Below, piece by piece: positions 50,170 through 62,152 of a stretch of DNA of 64,000 nt (its first letter is position 1; each line of letters opens with the position of its first letter). The position numbers were made by a program, and so were the translations under genes. The DNA lies in NCBI GenBank assembly GCA_028534125.1, contig CM052823.1, forward strand, positions 26,970,001 through 27,034,000. The letters run 5' to 3'. The stretch is from Lama glama (Eukaryota). The notes under the pieces were generated by a model, which worked only from the letters and a program-made list of their open reading frames with translations, made no database searches and was not told where the DNA came from.

Positions 50170-50405
50170 GCTAGTATAGCACTATGTGCTAGGCACTATT
50201 CTAAACACCTTATGTCTCTGAGATCCAGTGTGTATTTTATACTTACAGCACGTCTCATAGCAACCATCTGAAATGGGGACTACTAGTATCCCCATTTTAG
50301 AGATAAGAAAACTAAGGCACAGAATGCTTCAATAACTTGCTAGTAAGCAGCAGAGGTGGAAAAGGCACCCCTACACTGGCTCCAGTGGCTGTGCCCATAA
50401 CCACC
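50170..50405 (-). mobile_element. MIR interrupted by a short MER33-like insert
   Basis: actatgtgctaggcactattctaa ... tatccccattttagagataagaaaactaaggcacaga. Confidence 0.65.
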
Positions 50406-51464
50406 ATCTCATGCTGCTTCCTGAACAAAGCCATAACCAGAAATGTGACACCAAGAAGCGGGAGATGTTCCCAAATTCACAGAGCCCGCTTTTAAGGGAG
50501 GAAGAGGAAGGAGAGAAAAAGGAAAAGGGCCAATCCTCTTCTCTCCCACTGGACCCTCCAGGTTTTACCCTTCTCCTTGGGTTTCAGTTTTAACCATCTC
50601 CTATGTGGCCAGTTGGCTGGTTGCAGACCAGAGCCAACTCACCTCCAATGAGTAAGTGGAAAAACTTACTAAAACTTTGCACAGTGTTTTAAAGCTCTTG
50701 TCACATCTCCTCAGTTAGGACTCTGATCCATGGAGATGACCATTTTCTCCTCTGCACATCTCCTGACCCAATGCAAGTTTCATCCCTGCTTCTTCAAAGT
50801 GGCCAAAGTCTTAAAACATATCAGGTCTTTCAAGTGCAGAAAAACTGCTCAAAGAAGACAGCTTCATCAACGCAGGATCAGTAAATACAAAGCACACATT
50901 CTATAGTCCCATTCTATGCCCTTTACAGACTTGGCTAATCAATCACCTCTTTCCCACTCAGTCTGGATGCAGCTTCAGAATCCATCTCATCACTGTGCTC
51001 TAGGATGCCACTTCCACAGGTTCTGAGTTGGCAGTAGAGCTGAGACCCATTTGTCATTCTGGCTCTAACAGGACAAAGACGAAACAGCGAAAGCAACAGA
51101 CTGGAACTAATCCCCCTTCTTTCCAAGGGAGTAAAAGGCTCCCTGCCTCCACTGCCCTTACCCCTCCTCCAAAACCCATTTTCATCACAGCGAGAGCTTA
51201 GAAGGGATTTTACAAAAGAGAAGACACTGCAAGAAAACATTGACCTTGGTTTTAATGATGGTGTAAGGATGATGGCCCAGGCTGAGAGGTGTCCGTGCCC
51301 ATGGATGATGGTGAATTAGGAACCAACGACTCAGCAACAGCTGGACCGGAAAGGACTCATCCTGAAGTCAAGGCAAACTAGGAATGGAGCCACATTCTTT
51401 ATACATAACCTTCGGCTGACAACCTCTTAGCACTTTAGAAAGGGGTCATGAACATATGTAAGGA

Positions 51465-51990
51465 CAAGCAATGTCCAGAGAAATAGAATATAAGCCACAC
51501 GTAAAATTTTAAAATTTCTAGTGGCCATGTTAAAAAGTATGGCTACATTAAAAAAATACTGTAAAAAGAAACAGGTAAAATTAATTGTAATATACTTTAG
51601 CCCAAAATATACAAATATTATCATTTTGATGCATAATATAAAAAATATTAGTGAAGTATTTTGATTCTTTTTTTTGTACTAAGTCTCTGAAATCCAGTGT
51701 GTACTTTACACTTACAGCACATTTCAATTCAGATACAAAACTTTTACCAGACATACTAGATCAGTGTTGTGATTTCATAAAATCTACAGAAAATGTAGAT
51801 TCCATATATCAAAGTTCTTCTAAAAACTCCTAAAAGTTTCTCAATAACTGAAATGAGTGTCTGCTTTTAAATTTAAATCAACTGAAATTAAACAAAATTA
51901 AAAAAACTCAGCTCCTCTTGTTGCACTAGCCACATTTCAAGCACCCAACAGCCACATGTAGTTGGTGGCTACTGTATCGGTCAGTGCAGG
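51465..51990. mobile_element. MER33/Charlie5-related hAT element
   Basis: MER33-like ends with a longer internal part; ctagccacatttcaagc..caacagccacatgt.g.t.gtggctactgtat.gg.cagtgc. Confidence 0.7.
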
Positions 51991-53652
51991 TCTGGACCAC
52001 GGAGGGCTCTCCCTACCTGTGGGCAGATGCCATCTCCCATCAGAGCCCCTGTGCTCAGGGAATCTATGGCCTGGCTCTTCTGAACACTTTTTGCATAGGC
52101 CTGGGCCTCACAACCATTGTTTCACTCTCTAACGGGGCCCTTTCTTACTCTCTCTGCTTGACTTGCCCTCAGCTTTGCCCCAGTACAGGCTTTCAGAGCT
52201 CCTAGGCTCCATGCTTTTAGTTCTCAGGCTCATCCACCCCCACCTGGCTCTCAGTTCCTACCAGGGTGTGCTTCAGGGCCCTGCTTGACTGCAAGAGCTG
52301 TCTAGGTGATGCTGTGTTCTCTGCTTTGCAAAAAAATTTAAAAAAAAAACAAAAAAATACAGGGATGGGCAATTTGGGGGTGCATCCATGGGCAAGCCTT
52401 TTCCTTTTGGTGTTCTAGGAGAAGACCCTTGCCATTTTCATGCCCCACAAGGTGGACCAGGACTATACTAAAACATCCCCGTGGGCAGCTCTGCTCTCTA
52501 TCTGAAGTCCCTTTTGGCTTATGGCTCCAAAAGGCCCTCCATCGCCCCCGTCCCTGCAGTATGTGTGTGCCCTGTCCCTTGGTTCCCTTTCTTCCTGTGG
52601 CCTCTTGGGTTGGTGAAGGATTTGAGGGCTGTGGTCCAGTCCTATCACGTCCCTCCTTCAGGCACCAACAGCACAGCAGACATCACTAATCGATCACAGG
52701 TTCTTTCCTCCTGAGCCTCAGGCTGGGCTCTGTTCCAAACCCTGGGGCGATACCCTCAGCCTCCCACACTCTCCTCTGGTTCCCCACCCAGGGAGGGATT
52801 TCACAGGGAGGCTTCCAAGTAAAGAATCTGGTCACAGACTTGCAAGGCGCCAGAAGCTAACGCCCCTGGAACTGACTTGGCAGCTTTGGAAGGCAACGTG
52901 GGTTCCCTCTGGCTGTGGCATCCCAAGGCCAGACCCCTTGAAATGAAAGACCTTGAAATGTCAGAAGCCCTCCCAACAGTTTGTTTAAAGGAGCCAGAAG
53001 CCAGAGCCTCTGTGAGAAGATGAAGGGATGGAAATCTGAAGTCTGAAAAGCAGCATTTAAAAGGGCATGATTGACAGGGCTCTGGGATTGGGTGTGACCT
53101 GAACCACAAAAACAGAGTGCCTGCAGCCCCATCATAACAGTCGCCTGGGCCCTGGGAAAGCCACCTCAACAGCAGAGGACACAACCTCAGACAGGCCTAG
53201 GCAGAGTCAGCTTCCTGAAAGCAGCACCTTTCATCCACTTCCTGCCTGAAAAAGAGCTTTGCAGGGTCGTTGATCCTGCCAGGCCCTGGTGCCGCCCCAG
53301 GCACACGTGCCCACCTCCGTGTGAGGGACAGCCCTGACGCTCTGGCCTTTAGGGTTTATTTGTACAGAAGGGGGCAGGAAAGGGCAAGAATTCTGAGTTC
53401 CTGCATTGCAGGAAAACATCTCCAGAGTCCCAAATGCACCTGAAGAGAACACGATGAACCAGATGAAGAAACAAAGGGGTGCTTGATCAGGTATCACCAC
53501 ACAGAAGAATTCTTCCCACACAAAGCTCTCCCCCAGAGGCAGAGCCCTCCCCCATCCCGCCCTACTCCAATATTTCAACAAGGGCTCCATTATCTTTTGC
53601 CCTTTAAATATCTTCAGGCACTAGCATCCTCTGTTCCCCCTTACCAGCCTCA

Positions 53653-53653
<1 letters not shown>

Positions 53654-53693
<40 letters not shown>
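53654..53693 (+). repeat. (CA)20 microsatellite
   Basis: Seen directly. Confidence 0.97.
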
Positions 53694-53696
<3 letters not shown>

Positions 53697-53934
53697 CACA
53701 CAAGTACATCATTGACCTCACATTATAAGGAAAATGAAGTGTCCCAAGCATAGAACATCTTGCAAAGAACCTAGGTTTACCTTTTTAAAAGAACCAACAC
53801 TTACTAATATATTTGACTGTATTACTGGAAAATTTTTTGAACTGAATGACATAAGCTCCCTGACATACCAAGTCGATACACCAAATATAATTTATCACTT
53901 CCTGATGACTCAGGGACATGCTTCTAAGCCTGTC

Positions 53935-54378
53935 TTTATCCTGGTCTACAAGGCCTAATGATCTGGACTCTCACCTTGGGCCACTTGCTCCCTTGTTTAG
54001 GCTGCCCCAGCCAAGTGCACCGAGCGCACTTCCTGCAGAGATGGTGCCCTGGGCCTTGGCTGTCTGGAACACTCTCTCCCCAGACGCCTGCCTGGCTCAC
54101 TCTTTTTCCATTCACGCTGCAGCTCAAACACCATTTTACCCTGCAGGCCTTTCCTGGCCATCTTTCTCTCATTTTTCTGTCCATTTTGCCACTTTATTTT
54201 ATTTTCATAGTGTTTGCCACCACTTAACACGTTGCATTTTTACCTGTTTATGGACTGTCTCCCCTACCAGGATGTGAGCTTCTTAAGAGCAGGGATTTTG
54301 CCTGTTTTGTTATCTCCAGAACCTATAACAGTCCTGCCACATAGCAGTAAGTAATAGTCAAGTGAAGGAATAAATGAT
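53935..54378 (+). mobile_element. L2 3' fragment
   Basis: tacaaggcc..atgatctgg, gatgtgagcttctt.agagcagggattttg.ctgttttgtt, gaaggaataaatga. Confidence 0.65.
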
Positions 54379-57300
54379 GCCTTCAGCACTTCTGATCAGT
54401 GTGTGCCTGTGGGGTGGGGAGTTGTTGCCCCAGCCTCACTTGGCCCTTCCTGGTTGGTCCTTTGCAGCCAACTGACTTCTCAGTGTATCAGCGCCTCATA
54501 GCAATGCCCTCATCTTGCTTCTTCTCATCTAATATATATATAGTTTTTTCTAATATATAACCTATGAAAGGTTACCAGGAGATGGACAACCTTCTGAACT
54601 CCTTAAACTGATTTTCACAAAAAAAATGTGTATTTCTAGGCTGTAGCCTAATTCCATGACTGTCTTCTGAATAAAGTCCAAGAGCTTGAGACTACGAATT
54701 CTCTGCTCAGGGGTCTTTGCAGCCTCCCTCTGGTCTTCCCGGATTGTTGAGAGTCTGAAGTCCACCTGTAGACACTCCTACATATGTGTCTGTGTGCCTC
54801 CCAAACACACACAAATACCACAGGCTGCTCCTTCAGCAGAAGGCACAAGCTGCATTGCTCCATCAGCGTTTCAAGAGAAGAGAATGGGGAGGGTTTGATC
54901 CAGTTTATTTCCATTTATTTATTTGATCCATTTATTTATGAGAATTGGTTTCATGCTCTTCTGAACACAAGTGGTCTGGTCTTTGTACAACTCACCCTCT
55001 GGCCTTATTCTTCTTAATCCAAGCACCAGCACACCATGAGCCCTGGCTTGGGGCCAACTCACTTTTGCAGGAATGAGTCAACAAAGTGAAAGATAGTTTG
55101 AGCTGGGAGATCCTGTAGTTCAACCCTCATCTGATAGATGAGGAAACTAAGGCCCAGAGAGTGGAAGTGACTCACGTAAGGAAACACAGCCCAGTGGGAG
55201 CAGGGCTGATCCTAGAAGAGGGGTCACTTGGCCTTCCATCCACATGTTCTTTCCATCCCCTCCCCCTTGTCCCCAACAGCCAACATCTGTTTCTACCCTG
55301 GGCTGGTCTGTTCTGCCCGGACCTGAACCAGCTGGAACCCAGAGGAATCCCACAATGGCAGGTCTCACAATTCTGAGCATGTTAAAAGATGTCACTCCCT
55401 CTGAGCTCTGAGACAATGTTGTCCCTGATCTATACGGAGCCACACATGGAATGGCAGGAAAGTGACACTGGTGCCCTTAAGCTAAACTTGAAGTTCTTCC
55501 TAATGGGTCCAGAAAAGTGGAAAATCTCTACTGGGGCAGGCTTGCCTCAGCGTCTCCCCAGACGTGGCCTGAGCCTCATCTTGCCTGTAGAGTATAATGA
55601 CAGACCCCGCCATCCCTTTCTGTCTCTAACCAGATACCAGTATAGGGTGTGGCTGAAATTTAGGGTGTTGGGGACCCAGGCAGGCCTGGGCTTCAGCCTT
55701 TTCCATAAACCCAGCTCAGGGGCACTTCCGGCCAGCACCCCCCTGGCAGGGCCCTGGGAGACAGGACAGGCTCCCTGGAAACTCTCTCCAGGCCAGATGG
55801 GGAAACAGAGCAGCATATGGGAAGGTCAGACTCCAGGGGCCTCAAGTGGGCAGAACAATCTTTGTGGGCCTTGCTCTGGGGAGCAGGAAGGACACTGAAG
55901 ACTAGCTCTTTCTATTTTGTGGCTTTGCCTCTGACTGGCCTTGGCCCCCTCTCCTTCCCTGTTTGGCAGCTCCAAAGAAACAGGGAGGGGACAGCACAGT
56001 GGCAGTGATGGGTTTCTTTCTGTCGCCCTCCTCCGTGGCCTTGGTATGTGCAGCTAGCCCTGCTTCCCAGGGCACTGGGTCTCCTGCAGTGCAATAATTG
56101 GACCTTATTTCAAACTTGGTTACCGAGCTGCCTGGACATCTTCAGAGATAGTCAGGACCACAAGCTTTATCTGCCTCCTCCCACTGTTTCTGGGAGGAAG
56201 TGCGGACCTGTTGACAGGGAGCATGGAGAGAAACCCTGGTCAGCCTGCAGACTGTTCCAATGATGGACAGCTCAGTGACAAAGTGTTACTTCTGGTGAAA
56301 AGAAGTCTCCCTCCCTGCCACCTCTCCCCACTGGCCCCAGTTCTCTTCCTTGGAACCCTACAGAATAACTCACATAAGTCTCTTGCCTTTTCTGCTGGCT
56401 CAGTGCTAAGTCCTGATTGGAGGATTCAGAAGTGGGAGACACGGTTAAGAAGTTTACACTTTAATCGAAGAATCAAGAGTGATTTTATTCAGGCATTGAG
56501 TATTTTTTAAATGATGATCTTGATTGGCTTTATATCATTATAACATTAATAGATGTTTAATATAGAAAATGTTGGAAAAAACCAAAAGGTGGAAGGGGAT
56601 TACCCATAATCCTACTTTCCTGTTGCTAATATTTTGTTGTGTATGGTGTTCGCATTTTTTCCCAACAAATGTTTATGGAGTGAATACAAAGCAAGGTGCT
56701 GATCTAGGTGTTCCTGGAAAGATGCACTGATGCATCAGACTTGGATCTTGCCCTGAAGATGCTTTAGGAAACAGACACAAGCTTGGGCTTTAGAGGCAGA
56801 AATACCTAGTTTCAAAGACACTTAACTAGTTGCCAGATCATAGGTAAGACACTGACTCCCTCTGAGCCTCAGTTTACTCATGTTAACTGGACCTGATAAT
56901 GGCACCTACCTCATTAGGTTATTGAAGGGATTCAAAGAGGTTAAAGCTTGCAAAACACCTAACATAGCATTGTTGGGTCCAGTGTATGGAGCCACCAGAA
57001 ATATAATACAGATGTAACAGTGATTACAGAGGCTACACAGGTTCAGGTCAAAGACCACAGCATTCAGGGGAGAGAGACTTGGCTCCCTGAAACCATTTCC
57101 AAAGTGGGCTGTACACTGACTGTGACTGTACCATGCACGCTGTCTGATTTAGTGAACCGAATGACTCCCTAAGTGTAATCATCATTGACCTGAGTCTCAG
57201 CACTGTGCTCCCTGCTCCTTTCCAAAAGCCCTGGGTCTCTTGTCTGTTTAGCCTCCTTGTGTCTTTGACCCCCTTATTCATAGGGAAGGATTTTCAGGTC

Positions 57301-60300
57301 TCCTCAAGAAGCAGATGGGGATAAATCTGCAATCTTCTAACTGGAATGAACTGCCTGACCACGGGCTTACCTCTGACTCCAGGCCTGTTTCTTCCATCAC
57401 AGTAAGACAGACGTCAGGGCCCAGCCTCGCCTGTCAGAGCCCCTCCACATCTATTTAAATGGTACTTCCAGACCCCAGGGCTTCCTCTGCCCACAGAGCT
57501 GATAGACAAGGCCACCAGAGAAGAAAGCCAGGCCCCATGCCCTCGGAGCAGCCAGTGGGGGAACTGCTGTTCTGACCAGAAGTAAAGGGCCCAGCAGGAG
57601 AATGAGCAGAGCCTTAAAAGTGATCTGTGCATTGGCCCTCAGATCTCCCAAGGAGGGGACTCTTGGGCTGTCAGGGCCCTTACCAGTCTTGCTGCCACTG
57701 TGCTGTCCCCAAGTCCTATGGGCAGGTCTCAACATGACCCAGGCTGGGACCCCAGCAATGGGAAATCAGTCCCCTTCAATCTGAACATTTTGACAAAAGG
57801 AATTGGGGGTGCTTATGCTTCTTCCTCCCCACCCTCTTTCTTGTGTAGGGCACCCAGACAAATTAAATACAAAATCATTTTCGGTCACTTAGGCAAATCA
57901 TATTCTTACGCATATGCATAAGAAATACATACATTATAAATAAAATATAAACTCACCCAGATGGGATTGAAGCCTCTGCTCTCAGAGAACAGTGCTGGAA
58001 AAGCCATCATTTGTGTTCCCTTCTGCTACTAGGTAAGCTGGGATCCCTGCACAGCATCAGGGATCACTAGGGGATCTACTCCGGACAGGCATGTCCCTCC
58101 ACCAGAAATAAACCTCACGACACCCTTCAAAAGAACTCCCTTACAGTCATTTATTTGCTTCTAGAAATGAAACTATTATCAGCTTATCTAAGGATCAACA
58201 AACTTTACAAATCATTTCACCCAAATTTAACACATAAAATAACGAAGGTCCAGAGATCTAAGTTTTTGTCCATAGTCACTGAGCAGTATCCCAACAGTAC
58301 GATAAAAAAAAAACCCCATTTTAGGGAAACTCTTGCCTAAAACTTTCAGTTTCAAATAGGAGACGCTGCAAAAGAGTACACCTATCTCAAAAATATCCAT
58401 AATGGATAGTCTTTTTAAAATCTGTCTGTAAAGTGAAACTCCATGTAACACCTTAGCATCCCATCCATGCCTATTAGAGAATTAGCATATGGAAACCCAA
58501 ACCAATCACAAATGCTCTTCCCAACTGTGAGGTCTGAAGACTGAAGGCCCGCTGTGTCTGCTCTGCCTCCTGCTTTGGCAGCTGTCCAGAGCTAGCGTGC
58601 ATCGTGCATCGATGTAGATTCAAGTGGATAGTCCCCAGTCCACTGACTTGCCCATAAAGTACAGCGTGGAAGTACTGTAAAAAATTGGTGCTCCTGCCAC
58701 ATCAGAAGCAACCATTTAGGGATGAAGTCAGCATTTCTCTTTAGTTTTACAGATTCCATTACCAATTTTTTACCTCAAAATTTATGACACATGGGCTGAC
58801 AGCAGGACAGAATATTAAAAATCAGGACCTCCCTGAGAAATCTGGGCCATACGGTTGCCATGCCGACACCCCACAATGCCAAACAAGTGCCTCCAAGGTC
58901 CAGAAGCAACTTGGCTGGCTTCGAATTACCCAGACATTGTAAAGGCAGAGCTGCCTCCGGCCGGGGCTGTTAGGCAGACCCTCCCTTTCCCAACTCAGCT
59001 CTCTGATTCCCCAGGGGAGTGATGATGACGCTTGTCTGAATTTTCTCAGCCTCTGTCAGCAGGACTGGCCACATCATTCCCTAAGAATCTGAAAATCCAC
59101 ATGCAGCGTCCTGGCCCAAATAGACAGAGACATGTTTTGGAAGCACAAGGAGACCAGTGAGAGGTTAACCACAGATTTTTAGGGAGAAAGCAAATCCTTA
59201 CCTGCACCTGCACCTGCCCCTTTTAAGTTGGGCAAAGGGTTTACCTCCTGGAAAAGCTGAACAGCATTCTCCTAGCTCTCTAGCTATAGTCAGGCTGGAG
59301 CTGGAATAAAGTCTTAGTAAGATATGAAGCTTGGACCATTGACTGCTCCCAGAGATGGGCAGAAATCCTACTTCACTCATCTAACAGTACTTATTAAGTC
59401 TTGCTCATCAATGTGGGCATGCAAGGAGCTGCCTGCTTAGTCCCTGCCTGATAGCTTCCATTCAGTGAGGAGACAGGCCCAAGACTGAGAATCCAACTGA
59501 AGTGAAATACCCAGAAGATAGGAATACGATGCAAGGCTGTGTCAAAGGCGGTGTGTGACTGGGAATCAGTGCTTAAAACCCCACCCCCACCTCCCACTCC
59601 AGCCTGGGCTAAAGCTTAAGAACTGCCAGGGAGCTGGCTATGCCCCTGAGTGGCCAGGGAGGGCTCTGCTGCTCCCTCCCAGGAACTTCCACTCTTCCTC
59701 TTCTCCTTCGCCTCAATTCCTGGCTCCCCGATAGTCCTTTACAGTTTAAATTTGGCTTCAAGTTCACAGGCCTTTTCTAATCCGAAGCAAGTCAAACCCC
59801 AAGGGAACAACTAGGGGTGAGAGGTTGTTCACTGGAGCCCCCATGACCTTCAATTTCCACCCTTCAAAACCAGTATCCCATACCTCCAGCAGTCCACCCC
59901 CACCCTTCTCCCCTGCCCCTCCCCTCCCTGCGCCTTTCCCAGCTCGAAGTCTGAGTGGTCTTCTCAGATTCTGAAGCAGAGCACCTGTGATGAGACCAGC
60001 CTCAGGCTCTGAGCAGCAGTTTCTCTGTGCTCTTCCTTTATATTCCCCCCTCCTCTCTCCCCTCCTCCTCTTCCAGCTCAGACCCTCCTCCCATCGCATC
60101 ACCACAGAGATGGACAGAACATCTGGCCATCCTGCCTCTCCCCTGCTACTCCAGGCCCGCCTAACCTGGACCCGGGCTGGCTCTCTCAGAGAGTAAGAAC
60201 GGGGCAGCTTGGATGAGTCTTTGCTGTGTTAGCTCCCTGGGGGTCTGGGGCCATCTGTGTTGCTCCCACTCTACTCTGTCCGTCCACCCAGATCCCAGCA

Positions 60301-61660
60301 CTCGGAGATCTTTACACAGGAGGTTTTTTTCTTCATCAGCTTTTCTGTCCAAATATCCACAAGTGCTTTGAAAACAGTGACCTAGTGGCAGGGACCCTCA
60401 GCCCTGAAGGGAACACTCCATCCAACCAGACCCGCCTCCAGACAGATCGGGAATAGGGGAGTGGCTCCGGGGAAAACCCACAAACTCCAAGGTCTCCTCA
60501 GGCAAAGCCTGGAAATATGGTTCCTTTGCAGGGAATTTTTACATCGTCTTGAGTCGGTAACAAGAAACCAAATCGGGCCGGATGGAAATATGAGAGCATT
60601 TCCACACCGACCACCCCCTCAACGCACACACACCGTATTCCTGGGGCTCAGCTGCCTTGGTGCAAATATCTCAGACTGCTCCACGCAAGCCTTTGCCCTC
60701 CTGACCCTGCACCTTTTTAGGAGCTCCTCACCCCTCCCTCCCCAGGCCCAGCTCTTTCAGAATGGCCACCCTGCTCCACTCGTCCACCCTCAGACCCACA
60801 CTTCGCTCTCCTTCCTCCTGCCGGGCGCCGTCCAGGCTGTCCCCGCCCAGCATTTCGTCCTGAGGGTCTCCCAAGACTCACACACCACCTGCCCGCATCG
60901 GAAGAACACTGCCTGCCGAAGCACTCCTCTCGGGTCCCACAGCCACCGGTCTCAACAGGTGCCCCTGGCACAAAGCGCCATCACCCCGGGCCCGGACGGA
61001 AGCAGCGACAGGCACACCCCAGCCCAGGTCCGCTGGGCGCCTGGGGGGTACCCCCTGCACACCCGCAGAAGGCCCCGGCCGTGCCCCGCCGCCTTGATAT
61101 CCCGGGTCTCATTGAAGTCGCGGGGCTGACCTCGTGAGAGTATCTCCGAACATGGGCGCAGGCACTGCTAGCTCACCCGTTGTGATGGACTGGTGTTGGG
61201 GCGAGGGACGGGTGCAGGACAAGACCTTTCTCCGGGGGTGATAGTGAGGGAGTCCTCCGTGCCAAAGAAGCATGTTCAAGTTGACCCAGGCTGAGAAGGT
61301 GGCTCAAAGTCCAGTACAGCCCCTAACGATCCTGCCTCACCCAGCGACCCCACCCGATGTCCTTTGCCCCTAAGAGAAGATGGGGTGCGCACGGCCACCT
61401 ACACGCTCGGCAGCGCGCGCTTCCCACTGCCGGCTTGCCGCGCGCAAGGTCCGGCTGCCTTCCGGGGCTGGCGAGGCTCGGGCAGCCCCGGGCCCCCAGC
61501 CCCAGGCCCTGGGCCTCGTATGCGCAGTGCCAAGAGAGCCGCCACGTTCCCAGTCGCGCGTACACGCCGGGCCCACCAAACTTGCAGCACTTTCTCCCAG
61601 CCCCCACCCGCTGTCACCCTCCTTCCAACCGTGAGCCCTGGCCCCGCTAGCCCGACGGAG

Positions 61661-61674
61661 GTTGCCATAACAAC
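61661..61674. promoter_or_regulatory. RFX X-box GTTGCCATAACAAC
   Basis: Close match to GTTGCCATGGCAAC, inside the CpG island near the presumed start of intron 1. Confidence 0.55.
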
Positions 61675-61817
61675 GGACAGGAATGCTCCAACATATACAA
61701 AGCCGGCGAGGCACGGCGAGCCGGCAGCCCCCGGCCCGGCCCCGCGCCCTCTGCAGCCGCGCGGGGCTAGGACGCGCGCCGTGGCTCCCCGGCCGGCCGC
61801 CCTGCGCGCAGCTTGTA

Positions 61818-62013
61818 NNNNNNNNNNNNNNNNNNNNNNNNNNNNNNNNNNNNNNNNNNNNNNNNNNNNNNNNNNNNNNNNNNNNNNNNNNNNNNNNNNN
61901 NNNNNNNNNNNNNNNNNNNNNNNNNNNNNNNNNNNNNNNNNNNNNNNNNNNNNNNNNNNNNNNNNNNNNNNNNNNNNNNNNNNNNNNNNNNNNNNNNNNN
62001 NNNNNNNNNNNNN
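61818..62013 (-). other. GALNT16: 196-N assembly gap, probable location of the GALNT16 exon 1 coding sequence (start codon and type II TM anchor)
   Basis: No sequence encoding the expected N-terminus is visible anywhere in the window. The gap is at the core of the only CpG island and is about the size of the expected ~177-nt coding part. Inferred, not seen. Confidence 0.6.
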
Positions 62014-62137
62014 CACTCCGAGTAGGAGCCCGGACCGGCGTGCTCTCGGGGCCGGAGCGGGGGCACTTGCAGCCCCAGCTGTTTGTTTTCTCTCGTGTCT
62101 GGCTGCTCAGTCCTGCAGAGCGAAAAAGGAGAGAGGT

Positions 62138-62152
62138 GGGGGGGGGGGGGGG
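62138..62152 (+). repeat. G15 homopolymer in the CpG island
   Basis: Seen directly. Confidence 0.9.

Larger units (their letters stand above)
1..62112 (-). other. GALNT16: GALNT16 gene body (3' end runs off the window start; 5' end in the CpG island)
   Basis: Ten exons translate to the recognisable GalNAc-T16 sequence in the correct order on the minus strand. The 5' limit is inferred from the CpG island. Confidence 0.93.

Noticed and set aside
55389-55898. 169-aa ORF and the many other 60-170 aa intronic ORFs
   Set aside because: No recognisable domains, splice support or retrocopy hallmarks; expected by chance with alternative start codons allowed.
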